From NCBI RefSeq assembly GCF_937127095.1, contig NZ_CAKZLP010000059.1, positions 1,128-65,127 of the forward strand: DNA of 64,000 nucleotides, in the 5' to 3' direction. This document shows positions 31,671 through 39,985 of the stretch, one piece after another. The notes beneath the pieces are model-generated. The model was not told the DNA's origin, did no database searches, and was given only the letters and a program-made list of their open reading frames with translations. Source of the DNA: an uncultured Amphritea sp. Lineage in GTDB: Bacteria > Pseudomonadota > Gammaproteobacteria > Pseudomonadales > Balneatricaceae. The stretch's first letter is position 1; each line of letters opens with the position of its first letter. The translations under genes were made by a program, and so were the position numbers.

Positions 31671-32215
31671 TTTGGCTGTAATCCATAAAGGTATTAGCGC
31701 CAGAGATCTGGCAGGATTGATTGCTTCACATCTGGCGCTAAAGGGGATTGATGTGACTCTGGTGGGTGGAACCTGCGTATCAATCTACTCAGATAATTTC
31801 TATCAATCTGACGATCTGGATTTCGTTGACCATTCCTATTACTCCCAGCAAAAAGCTCAAAGGTGCCATGTTAGAAATTGGATTTACACCGATTGGACGA
31901 TACTACGAACACCCGGATTCCCCCTTTGTTGTTGAGTTTCCGCCGGGACCCTTGTCAGTGGGTGATGAGCCTGTCCGAAAATGGGCAACGTTGGTTACTC
32001 CACTGGGAACCTTCACATTAATAACGCCGGAAGACTGTATAAAAGATCGTCTGGCTGCTTATTTCCATTGGAGTGACAGGCAGGCTCTCGATCAGGCAGT
32101 GTGGGTTGCCAACGATCAGGTTGGGAAATATAGCCTTGAAGAGATTGAACAGTGGGCTGAGCGGGAAGGGGAAGTAGAAAAGTTTAAGAAATTTATCACT
32201 CGCCTGGACGGCTAA
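31663..32215 (+). pseudogene. Nucleotidyltransferase-like protein (candidate TA toxin) split by a +1 frameshift at ~31837-31840
   Basis: Frame 1 LVGGTCVSIYSDNFYQSDDLDFVDHSY continues in frame 2 as TPSKKLKGAMLEIGF...EFPPGP...DCIKDRLAAYFHW; removing one T gives a 183-aa ORF. Confidence 0.65.
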
Positions 32216-32307
32216 AAAGACCTGCTCCCCCTTATTTACCAGAATGCCATGATGTTGCAAATAGTGGGGAAGCAGCGGTTCTGTCCACGTTAAATGAAGG
32301 TGCCTCT

Positions 32308-34029
32308 ATGAAAAATCGATTCTCCCAGGAAAATTCGGCAACCGTTGAGACCCTCGAAGATCTCGCCGCGTTGTCAAACTACTCGCTCATGGACAGGCTC
32401 AACGCCGACCCTAAGGCGACAGCAAACGGAGATGATCATCAGCCGCGGCAGGTGTTCTCGGGTCACTATGTCCCGGTAAAACCCACGCCAATCGCCGATC
32501 CGGAGTACATCACTCACAGTAAAGCACTCTTTAGTGAACTGGGTTTTGCTGACACTCTGGCACAGTCGGACGACTTTATGCGGATGTTCTCCGGTGATCT
32601 CTCTCAGGTGCCTGCGCCTCTGCGCAGGGCTGGCTGGGCCTGTGGTTATGCACTGTCTATCTATGGCACTGAATACTATCAGCAGTGTCCGTTCCAGACC
32701 GGTAATGGCTACGGTGATGGTCGTGCAGTGTCCGTACTTGAGGCGGTCATCAACGGCAAGCGCTGGGAGATGCAGCTCAAAGGTGGCGGCCGGACGCCTT
32801 ACTGTCGTGGTGCGGATGGTCGTGCCGTGCTGCGCTCCAGTATTCGGGAGTTTCTGGCACAGGAACATATGCATGCCCTTGGCGTGTCAACCTCCCGCTC
32901 GCTGAGTCTGTATGTGTCTAAAATTGAGCAGGTCCGGCGGCCCTGGTACACAGAGGGTTCGCACTCGTTGGATCCTGACACCATGGTATCGGAGCCCGTC
33001 GCCATCTCAACCCGCGTCGCACCGTCGTTCCTGCGGGTCGGCCAACTGGAGCTGTTCGCTCGTCGTGCCCGCAAGCAGGAACACCCGCAAGCGCTGCAGG
33101 AGCTGGAGATGATCGTGTTACACCTGATCGAACGGGAGTACGCTGACGTTATTGACACGACACTGAGCCTCGCCGAAAAAGTGGTGCTGCTCGCGAGTGA
33201 ATTCCGCGATCGCCTGACCTCGCTGGTGGCGAACTGGATCCGTGTCGGTTACTGCCAGGGCAACTTCAACAGTGATAACTGCGCTGCCGGTGGTTTCACC
33301 CTTGACTACGGCCCCTTCGGATTCTGCGAGCTGTTCGACCCGCAATATCAACCCTGGACCGGCGGCGGTCAGCACTTCTCATTTCTCAATCAGCCCGCGG
33401 CAGCCGAACGTAACTTCCACATGTTCTGGACTGCATTGCGGCCGTTGCTGATGTCTAATGACAATGCTTTGCAGCAGCTCGACGAGATTCGCAGCGGTTT
33501 TGATGCCGTGATGCAAACGAAAATGAGACAGATGTGGGCGACCAAACTAGGACTGGACAGATTCGATATGGCGCTGTTCAGAGAGCTTGCCGCATTGATG
33601 ATGGAAACCTCCGTGGATTACACCATCCTCTTCCGTGAACTCTCGCATCTACCTGACGACATTGGGCCACTCAGGAAAAGCTTCTACAAAGGCGCGGCCT
33701 ATCAGGCAGACCCGGAAGCGATGGACCAACGCTGGTCAGAGTGGCTGACAACATGGAACGCGCTGATCGACAGCCAGCCTCTCTCCCGTGATGAGATCTC
33801 TGTGCAGATGAAAGGCGTCAATCCAAAATACAGCTGGCGCGAATGGTTCGTGGTGCCCGCCTATCAGCTGGCAAGTGTTGGCAACTACGCACTGGTGCGG
33901 GAACTGCAGGAGGTGATGACCCAGCCCTACGCTGAGCAATCAAAAGAGGTGGAGGATAAATACTACCGGCTGAAACCGTCTCAATTCAGTGAACTCGGCG
34001 GGCTGTCGCACTATAGCTGCTCGTCGTGA
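32308..34029 (+). CDS. selO: SelO/YdiU-family protein adenylyltransferase
   Basis: [43 protein letters not shown]-terminal SCSS. Confidence 0.93.
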   Translation: MKNRFSQENSATVETLEDLAALSNYSLMDRLNADPKATANGDDHQPRQVFSGHYVPVKPTPIADPEYITHSKALFSELGFADTLAQSDDFMRMFSGDLSQVPAPLRRAGWACGYALSIYGTEYYQQCPFQTGNGYGDGRAVSVLEAVINGKRWEMQLKGGGRTPYCRGADGRAVLRSSIREFLAQEHMHALGVSTSRSLSLYVSKIEQVRRPWYTEGSHSLDPDTMVSEPVAISTRVAPSFLRVGQLELFARRARKQEHPQALQELEMIVLHLIEREYADVIDTTLSLAEKVVLLASEFRDRLTSLVANWIRVGYCQGNFNSDNCAAGGFTLDYGPFGFCELFDPQYQPWTGGGQHFSFLNQPAAAERNFHMFWTALRPLLMSNDNALQQLDEIRSGFDAVMQTKMRQMWATKLGLDRFDMALFRELAALMMETSVDYTILFRELSHLPDDIGPLRKSFYKGAAYQADPEAMDQRWSEWLTTWNALIDSQPLSRDEISVQMKGVNPKYSWREWFVVPAYQLASVGNYALVRELQEVMTQPYAEQSKEVEDKYYRLKPSQFSELGGLSHYSCSS

Positions 34030-34163
34030 ATTTTTAGCAGCGGGTGGGTGGTTACTGTTGGACTGCCCCGATACCTTTCTACATCTTAATAAACAGATCT
34101 GTTTCCTTGGTTTTTCTTTATCCTGGGCGTACCCAGCGCCCTTTCTTTTGTGACTGTCTGTCG

Positions 34164-34448
34164 TTAACGCTTAAGATCCCTGTAGAAATTTTCATGACTG
34201 CCCAGAGCGATCAGTTGTAGTGTCAGTTCGCCCTCTTCGAAGCTGTAACCCAGAAGTGTGAGCTGACTCACCATTTTGAACTTATATACGCGCAGATAAG
34301 CCAGATCACCTTTCTTTTGTTCTCCGGCCTCCGGGGTCATCTGTAGTTGTTTGACGGCGCTGTCTAAGTCTTTTTTCTGGTTTGCTTTGAGCTTTTTGAC
34401 TGCTTTAGAGAAAGAGCGGGTCTGCAGAATCCTGATTGTCTCAGCCAA
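34164..34448 (-). CDS. ParE/RelE-family type II toxin
   Basis: GEQKKGDLAYLRVYKFKM...LGSHENFYRDLK. Confidence 0.85.
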   Translation of the reverse strand: MAETIRILQTRSFSKAVKKLKANQKKDLDSAVKQLQMTPEAGEQKKGDLAYLRVYKFKMVSQLTLLGYSFEEGELTLQLIALGSHENFYRDLKR

Positions 34449-34662
34449 ACTGGTATTCCTCTACCAGACCTGCATCAGCTTCAGCCTTTGCGATCATAGA
34501 GTTGCGCACAAATTCGTAAGTCAGATCCGGGTTCTCTTCCATGATACGACCGATCTTCGCCCAGTGTTCAACCTGCTTGGCAGCAGAACGACTCATGACT
34601 TCACCCATGATTTTGGCGTTAGAGACTAGCTCTTGATCAAGACGTAAGTTTGCGGTGGACAT
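34441..34662 (-). CDS. ParD-like (RHH) antitoxin
   Basis: SRSAAKQVEHWAKIGRIMEENPDL; upstream of and overlapping the toxin by 8 bp. Confidence 0.85.
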   Translation of the reverse strand: MSTANLRLDQELVSNAKIMGEVMSRSAAKQVEHWAKIGRIMEENPDLTYEFVRNSMIAKAEADAGLVEEYQFG

Positions 34663-34942
34663 GTCACACTCCTGCTAATCAATGTTGTTTATGGCTAAGT
34701 GTAGCATATTGCCTCAATTTGTAGCTATGTGCATCGCTAATGCAAGTCAACTCAAGCAAGAGCTGTAGAGTACAGAGCCTGACTTTTTTCTCTTAATAAA
34801 TAAGGGCGCACCCTTTTCTCATTCTCTGTGTTCTCTGTGATGGAAGGCTCTTCTATCAGCAGGTCGACGGCTGATAAAAGTTAGTCGTTTATGATCATTA
34901 TGCACATATATTGTCAAAATAGTGCTTTATGCACTCATGTCA

Positions 34943-35373
34943 GCCTATTACCGCTTTGTTTTCCTGCGGGCAATGGAGGGCGAACCACCCGCTAAGCGAC
35001 TCAATACAGAGCATACACTGTTTACCATCGGCTACAGTGCTCAACGGGGGATACAGCTTCAGCATCCAGCCTTTGAGGACTATACCAATCAGCTCACCCA
35101 TCCCCGGGATTACGCCCCGTCGCAGACGCTTGGCGCGCAGATGCGAGAGTGGAAGCGTTTCAGTATCGCTCTGCCCGTTCAATGGAGTCAGGAATATGCG
35201 CCGCACTCTATACTGCCGCCTCGTTTACCAACACTCAGCCTGACACCACCGCACAGTGGCTCTGCGAACTAACAGCAACCGCTGTAACCTTCAAAGCCGT
35301 AGCCTCCCCTCAAACCTGGCATTACCCGTTGTCACAGTTTGCCGTCGATGGCGAGTTTCCGTTGCCTGCGTGA
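34943..35373 (+). pseudogene. 5'-truncated, frameshifted RES-domain (NAD+ phosphorylase-type) toxin remnant
   Basis: AYYRFVF...EHTLF...THPRDYAPSQTLGAQMR, then a frame change at ~35145 into VEAFQYRSAR...CAALY; no start and no Xre/MbcA partner. Confidence 0.7.
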
Positions 35374-35428
35374 TGGGTGAGGTTTTGGGCCGGGGGGCTC
35401 AGAAAGAGAGCGATCTTTTAGACCTCAA

Positions 35429-35444
35429 TAAATAAATCTGTCCC
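35429..35444 (+). repeat. Left 16-bp inverted repeat bounding the Panacea TA cassette
   Basis: TAAATAAATCTGTCCC, exact reverse complement of 37067-37082. Confidence 0.85.
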
Positions 35445-35586
35445 GTTTACCCTTTAGTACAAAAAGGGTCGAGCGAAAATCAATAACTCTGACCGCTTGA
35501 TCCGATCCAGAGTTGAAATGGTTTTTTGCGTTGGTCCAAAAATTCCTAGTATTAATAAAAGTAAAACCAAAGAGTAGGCTCATTAA

Positions 35587-36321
35587 CTAAGAGTTATTAT
35601 CTTTAGCTAATTCAATACCTAAAAGCATAATTTCAGTATGGCTATATCCATTGTCAATAACTGAGTCGAGCTCAGCCTTTTGAGTATCATCAAGAAAATG
35701 CATCACTACGTTAGTGTAATTACTAGATGAAGGGAAATCTTTTAGTTTGTCTTTATATCCACATTTCTCAACACATAGGTCTTGGTTTTTTAACGCATCA
35801 ATATCATATAGTAGTGATGAATAGTTACATGAAAGAGGGCTGCAGGGGTCTACCTTATAGGAATGAGACTGGCTTGGCTGAATATTGTGTAAAGGATCAA
35901 GTAAAACGATATTAAAAACGTTCTTCTCATCCCAAAAACCGACAACTCGGCCAAGAGATTTAGAGATCTGAAACTGTAATATCGGGTAGTCTTCAGGGTT
36001 TTCTCTATAGCAAGTGTCTAACCAGTCTAGATCCTTGCGTTGTATTGGAATATTTTTTTGATTCCAGTTTATAGGATGGTAACGCCAGTTATTTTGTTCT
36101 GCTGCATCGGATATAAAATTTTCGATCTCTTTATCAGATAAATCTTTCAACTTGTCTAACAGGGATACGAACCACTTGGGCTGAGACTTATCAAGCCCAA
36201 AGAAATCTATCTGCCTCCAAAAACGCAGAGAAAAAGTCCAACGTAACTTTTCAGGTGGTTTTAGTAATACGGGTTCTTTGGATTTTGAGGGTACAAAATC
36301 CAGAACGGGTAATTTATCCAT
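35587..36321 (-). CDS. Candidate toxin paired with the Panacea antitoxin (possible RelE-like fold)
   Basis: ATG overlaps the antitoxin TAA (TAATG); FQISKSLGRVVGFWDEKNVFNIVLLDPLH; AT-rich. Confidence 0.6.
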   Translation of the reverse strand: MDKLPVLDFVPSKSKEPVLLKPPEKLRWTFSLRFWRQIDFFGLDKSQPKWFVSLLDKLKDLSDKEIENFISDAAEQNNWRYHPINWNQKNIPIQRKDLDWLDTCYRENPEDYPILQFQISKSLGRVVGFWDEKNVFNIVLLDPLHNIQPSQSHSYKVDPCSPLSCNYSSLLYDIDALKNQDLCVEKCGYKDKLKDFPSSSNYTNVVMHFLDDTQKAELDSVIDNGYSHTEIMLLGIELAKDNNS

Positions 36322-36785
36322 TACTGTAGGCGTTGTGCGTAGCACTCACGCATAGTGCTTTCATCAAGCTCAATCTCGCACCGTTCCCAAGAGGCGTAAC
36401 CTTCTCGAGCTTGAACCCATGGTGCTTCACGGTGCGTCATTTCTTCAAGCTGGGGGCCAGAGTATTGAGCATAAATTGATAGTACTCGGTCGATATGGGC
36501 TTTTTCACCCGCATCCAGAGTTTCAGAGTTAAAACCATCAGTGATATCATCGAGAGTGATGTCGGAATATAAAGTTTTACTCGAAGCAAAACGATCATAC
36601 ACTGCACGAGATACTGGACCATGTACCCAGGCTTGGAATTTGCCTTCAAATAGCGCTTCATTTTCGAATGCTAGACGCCAAGCTTGAGCATAGTACATCA
36701 GCTTCTGGAGCTTTAAATTACTTAAGCTTTCTTCAGATGTAATTACCTTCTGAATAATGTAATCACAAGCTTCATTAATGTTCAT
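36321..36785 (-). CDS. Panacea/SocA (DUF4065, GepA-like) antitoxin
   Basis: LSNLKLQKLMYYAQAW, FQAWVHGPV, LEEMTHREAPW; GGAG RBS before ATG 36785. Confidence 0.9.
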   Translation of the reverse strand: MNINEACDYIIQKVITSEESLSNLKLQKLMYYAQAWRLAFENEALFEGKFQAWVHGPVSRAVYDRFASSKTLYSDITLDDITDGFNSETLDAGEKAHIDRVLSIYAQYSGPQLEEMTHREAPWVQAREGYASWERCEIELDESTMRECYAQRLQ

Positions 36786-37066
36786 ATCCGGTCTCCCCAA
36801 TCCCTTAGCGTGGCAAATTTTATCATGAATAACAATAGTAGGTATATCGGCTAATGGTGCTGTATTTTTATCGATAGTTAACATATTGGTGAGTTAGCTT
36901 CAGTGAGGACGCCGATAACTGTCAGATCAAGTCTGAATTAGTACAGTTTAGCTACTTGATATCATCGAAGTTGTTCTCCGAATAATGCTCGGGGTAGTCT
37001 CACTAAAGAAACGGGACCTGTTCGAAGTCAACGCTCTAAATCGTTCCAGTCTGAGTGGCAATAAAG

Positions 37067-37082
37067 GGGACAGATTTATTTA
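37067..37082 (-). repeat. Right 16-bp inverted repeat bounding the Panacea TA cassette
   Basis: GGGACAGATTTATTTA. Confidence 0.85.
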
Positions 37083-37085
37083 ATA

Positions 37086-37174
37086 ACCAGTGGCCGCCGA
37101 TTCCAGAGCTTGAACCGGCACGCTTTTAAGGGCGGGCAAAGATCTTATAGAAAGTGAACCCCCTATGTCTTTCC
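37086..37174 (-). pseudogene. Decayed copy of most of tRNA-Leu(CAA) (old long att remnant)
   Basis: Collinear blocks ACCAGTGGCCG, GAACCGGCACGCTTTTAAGGGCGGG (25/25 with 50707-50731), TGAAcCCCCTATGTCT (15/16), TTCC; indels at the T-arm, anticodon arm and D-loop. Confidence 0.8.
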
Positions 37175-37194
37175 TGCCCAAACCTCAGACACAA

Positions 37195-37236
37195 AAAAGC
37201 CCCGTTTCTTTAGGTTAAAGAGTAACGAGGCTAAAA
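37195..37236 (-). terminator. Rho-independent terminator (minus strand)
   Basis: AGCCTCGTT..TCTTTA-ACC-TAAAGA..AACGGGGCT followed by T6 on the minus strand. Confidence 0.65.
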
Positions 37237-37238
37237 AC

Positions 37239-37355
37239 GTGGCCGGATTGATTGTTGCAGCCTGTTGGCTGCAACAACCCCTTTGGGGCTGCGCCGCAAG
37301 CGGCTTGTCCAAAGAGTTTCCTGGAAACTCTTTGTCGAACCTCCGGTTCTCGTCC
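37239..37355 (-). other. Five-hairpin structured element interrupting a tRNA T-loop-like GGTTCGA/ATCC sequence
   Basis: Hairpins TTGTTGCAGCC/GGCTGCAACAA, CCCC/GGGG, GCCG/CGGC, CAAAGAGTTTC/GAAACTCTTTG, GAACC/GGTTC; flank GTGGCCGGA matches the tRNA 3' stem. Confidence 0.65.
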
Positions 37356-37369
37356 GACGATTCAAGAAC

Positions 37370-37410
37370 AAATAAAAAAGGGCCCTACAATGCAGGACCC
37401 TTTTTTATTT
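37370..37410. terminator. Bidirectional terminator just beyond the att repeat (probably the native tRNA-Leu terminator)
   Basis: AAATAAAAAAGGGCCCT...AGGACCCTTTTTTATTT. Confidence 0.75.
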
Positions 37411-37415
37411 GTTCG

Positions 37416-37432
37416 TGGTACCAGTGGCCGGA
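37416..37432 (-). repeat. att core, 17-bp direct repeat of the tRNA-Leu 3' end
   Basis: TGGTACCAGTGGCCGGA identical to 50687-50703. Confidence 0.92.
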
Positions 37433-37481
37433 ACTGGTACTAAACACGCTCAGAAGCCTTCTGAGGCGCTTGTTACCATCA

Positions 37482-37528
37482 AATCAATAGGTTAAGACGT
37501 TTCAAGTCTGACACTCAGCTCTGACACC
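37482..37528 (+). promoter_or_regulatory. IHF site plus two integrase arm-type repeats (left end)
   Basis: AATCAATAGGTTA fits WATCAANNNNTTR (37482-37494); TCTGACACT (37507) and TCTGACACC (37520), 13 bp apart. Confidence 0.7.
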
Positions 37529-37539
37529 AGGAGCTGAAA

Positions 37540-39093
37540 ATGGGTATTCCTTTCACCTACAAAGACTCGCATGGGACATACTATGTGCGGTATGTTATTC
37601 CTTCTCGTATTCGTACTCATCTACCGGGAATACGGCGAGATTTGCGTAAATCGCTCAGGACAAAAGAGCGACATCAGGCGCGGCTGAGAAGTCGCAGGTT
37701 TGTTGTCGAGATTGATCGGCTGATAGGAGAGTTTGAATTGCAAGGGTGTAGAGCTAAAGAGTATTACCTGTCGTTGATTACAGCAATTGATCCGTTTGGT
37801 AATGAGATGAAGATTGAAGGCAAGGATCTTCAAGAAGAGACGCAGGCTTACATCGAGCTTCAAACTGCTTGGGCTCAGATGAGTCAGGAGCATAAAGATG
37901 CTGTTCAGAATGCGGATTACCTTCGTACTTATCCTGAGTGTCAGCAAGGAAGCCAGTCAGTCGATGAAATGATTGACGTATTCATTCGTGATAAGAAAGG
38001 TGGAATCGATGAGAACTCACTGACTGACCTGATTGGCTCTTTGGAGTTGTTTCGTAAATTCGTTGGAGACCGGCCTATAAAGCAGCTAACTCGGGCGGAT
38101 GTACGTAATTTCAGGGAGTCCGTTCCGATGATTCCGTCTAGGTACTATCTGAATAAGGGGCTGGCGGAAATGTCGTTTCAGGAGCTGGTTGATAAGACCG
38201 AAATAGATGGGCTGAAGAGAATGAGTGACCGCACTATTGGCAAGAAAATAGAGGCGGTGCGGATGCTTCTGAAGTGGGCACATGAATCAGCAGACTTTCT
38301 TACAGAAGACCTGTCAGGGCCGTTGAAGAGAAAATATGTTGCTACTGCTAAGAATTCTACTGGTGGCACATTTATTCCCTTCACGGATGACCACTTGAAC
38401 AACCTTATTGGTTGTTACCTTTTTACAGGCCCTCTCCCTACGCGTCTGAAAACGGTCTCGCCTTATAAGTTCTGGTTGCCCTTGATTGGCATGTATTCAG
38501 GTGCTCGATTGGAGGAGATCTGCCAGCTTCACCTTCAAGATATTGTTGAGAACGATGGTATCCATATGCTTCGCATATCGTCGGTTGATGATGAAGGTAC
38601 TGGAAAGAAGGTCAATATAAAGACTGCTTCATCACATCGAGAGGTGCCAATTCATAGTGAGTTGATTCGGATAGGCCTCTTGGACTTTGTTGATGAGTTA
38701 CGGGACAGCAAAGAGACGCGGTTGTTCCCAGATCTCAGCAATGAAAATCCGAAAAATCGCTATGGTTATGCGGCAACAAAGTGGTTCGGGGACACGTTAC
38801 GCAAGAGTATCAAGTATGAGAAAGGCCAGGGGTACTGTTATCACAGTTTCCGGAAACTCTTCATTCAGCGATTACAAAATGTAACAGACGTGCCGAGAGA
38901 GGTTCGTAAGGCGCTTGTAGGGCATTCTATCGGTGGTGGCGACACTCATGAGATCTATGAAGGTAGGTACAGTCCAGAGGTGCTGAAACAAAATATCGAG
39001 AGACTAGAGTATCTCGGCCTCGATCTGTCTCACGTAAGCTGGGATGACTTTAAAAGGCGTGTTGCTGAATGGCATGCCAAGCGAGGAAGGTAG
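37540..39093 (+). CDS. Tyrosine recombinase/integrase with a DUF6538-like N-terminal domain
   Basis: YSGARLEEI, KTASSHREVPIH, HSFRK, LVGHS, EIYEGRY. Confidence 0.92.
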   Translation: MGIPFTYKDSHGTYYVRYVIPSRIRTHLPGIRRDLRKSLRTKERHQARLRSRRFVVEIDRLIGEFELQGCRAKEYYLSLITAIDPFGNEMKIEGKDLQEETQAYIELQTAWAQMSQEHKDAVQNADYLRTYPECQQGSQSVDEMIDVFIRDKKGGIDENSLTDLIGSLELFRKFVGDRPIKQLTRADVRNFRESVPMIPSRYYLNKGLAEMSFQELVDKTEIDGLKRMSDRTIGKKIEAVRMLLKWAHESADFLTEDLSGPLKRKYVATAKNSTGGTFIPFTDDHLNNLIGCYLFTGPLPTRLKTVSPYKFWLPLIGMYSGARLEEICQLHLQDIVENDGIHMLRISSVDDEGTGKKVNIKTASSHREVPIHSELIRIGLLDFVDELRDSKETRLFPDLSNENPKNRYGYAATKWFGDTLRKSIKYEKGQGYCYHSFRKLFIQRLQNVTDVPREVRKALVGHSIGGGDTHEIYEGRYSPEVLKQNIERLEYLGLDLSHVSWDDFKRRVAEWHAKRGR

Positions 39094-39159
39094 CCTTATC
39101 AGAGTGCTACATAGAGGATCGTCGGACAAGTCAGTTTGACTTTAAAGGTCTGAATCTGG

Positions 39160-39199
39160 ATGATAATAATCAATAGTTCCTAATCTAGATTATTATCAT
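39160..39199. promoter_or_regulatory. Perfect 12-bp inverted repeat directly before the serine recombinase 1 ATG (res/operator-like)
   Basis: ATGATAATAATC-N16-GATTATTATCAT. Confidence 0.6.
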
Positions 39200-39985
39200 A
39201 TGACAAACACAAAAACACCCTTAGCTTATGTTCGGGTATCTACTAAAAAACAGAGTACAGAAGGTTCCTCACCAGAGTCTCAATTTGAGATTATTGATCA
39301 GTTTGCAGGCTCTCATGGCTACCAGATTAATTCTAATGATCGTTACATGGAAGTAGCGTCTGGTCTCCGTCAGAGGCAGTTAGCTCGTGCAGGGGCTCTC
39401 AGAGACATCGTGCAGCGTGCAATTGAAGAGCAGAGGCCAATCGTAGTCACACGTGTTGATCGTCTCACAAGGTCGGTGGCCGTTTTAAAGGAGATCATTG
39501 ATTCCGGCATAACGATCATCGAAGCAGAGTATAACGATACGATCAGCCCTGAGCGTGCTATCTCTTATTTGAACAAGACTGACCGAGAACGTCAGAAAAA
39601 GCTGAATAGTCAGCAGATCGCCTATGACAGAAAACGAGTTCGCGACGAAGGAATGGGCAATCCGGACATTGCTGCAGTCCAGAAACGTGCTGCTGCTGCC
39701 GTAAAGTCGGGTGCTGATACATTCATGCGAGAGACCTTTCCTTTGATCGAACCTCTTATTGAGCAAGGTATGAATCCGAACCAGATCGCTAAGGCTTTAA
39801 ATGAACGTGGTGTGCCAACACCCCGGGGAGCACCGTGGAGTCGAAACGCCGTTACTAATTTGATCGGGCGTCACCAGGAATCAGAGTCAAAGCTCGCCGA
39901 TCCAGTCAAAAATCGGCCCCACAGTTCTGGAGACCTGAATCCAGAAGGCTATGCAGACCACCCTGATTTTGGACTATTTTCGTGA
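39200..39985 (+). CDS. Serine recombinase (resolvase family) 1
   Basis: LAYVRVST, VASG, TRVDRLTRS; C-terminal AKALNERGVPTPRGAPWSRNAV. Confidence 0.88.
   Translation: MTNTKTPLAYVRVSTKKQSTEGSSPESQFEIIDQFAGSHGYQINSNDRYMEVASGLRQRQLARAGALRDIVQRAIEEQRPIVVTRVDRLTRSVAVLKEIIDSGITIIEAEYNDTISPERAISYLNKTDRERQKKLNSQQIAYDRKRVRDEGMGNPDIAAVQKRAAAAVKSGADTFMRETFPLIEPLIEQGMNPNQIAKALNERGVPTPRGAPWSRNAVTNLIGRHQESESKLADPVKNRPHSSGDLNPEGYADHPDFGLFS

Noticed and set aside
34015-34040. SelO TGA read as selenocysteine
   Set aside because: The TGA follows the canonical terminal CSS, where the redox residue is already Cys; no SECIS-like hairpin is evident
37239-37490. 83-aa and 63-aa ORFs over the hairpin/att region
   Set aside because: They overlap the structured element, terminator and att core; shadow ORFs
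39160-39175. Fur box (GATAATAATCAAT)
   Set aside because: Only a partial match; better explained as half of a perfect 12-bp inverted repeat before the recombinase
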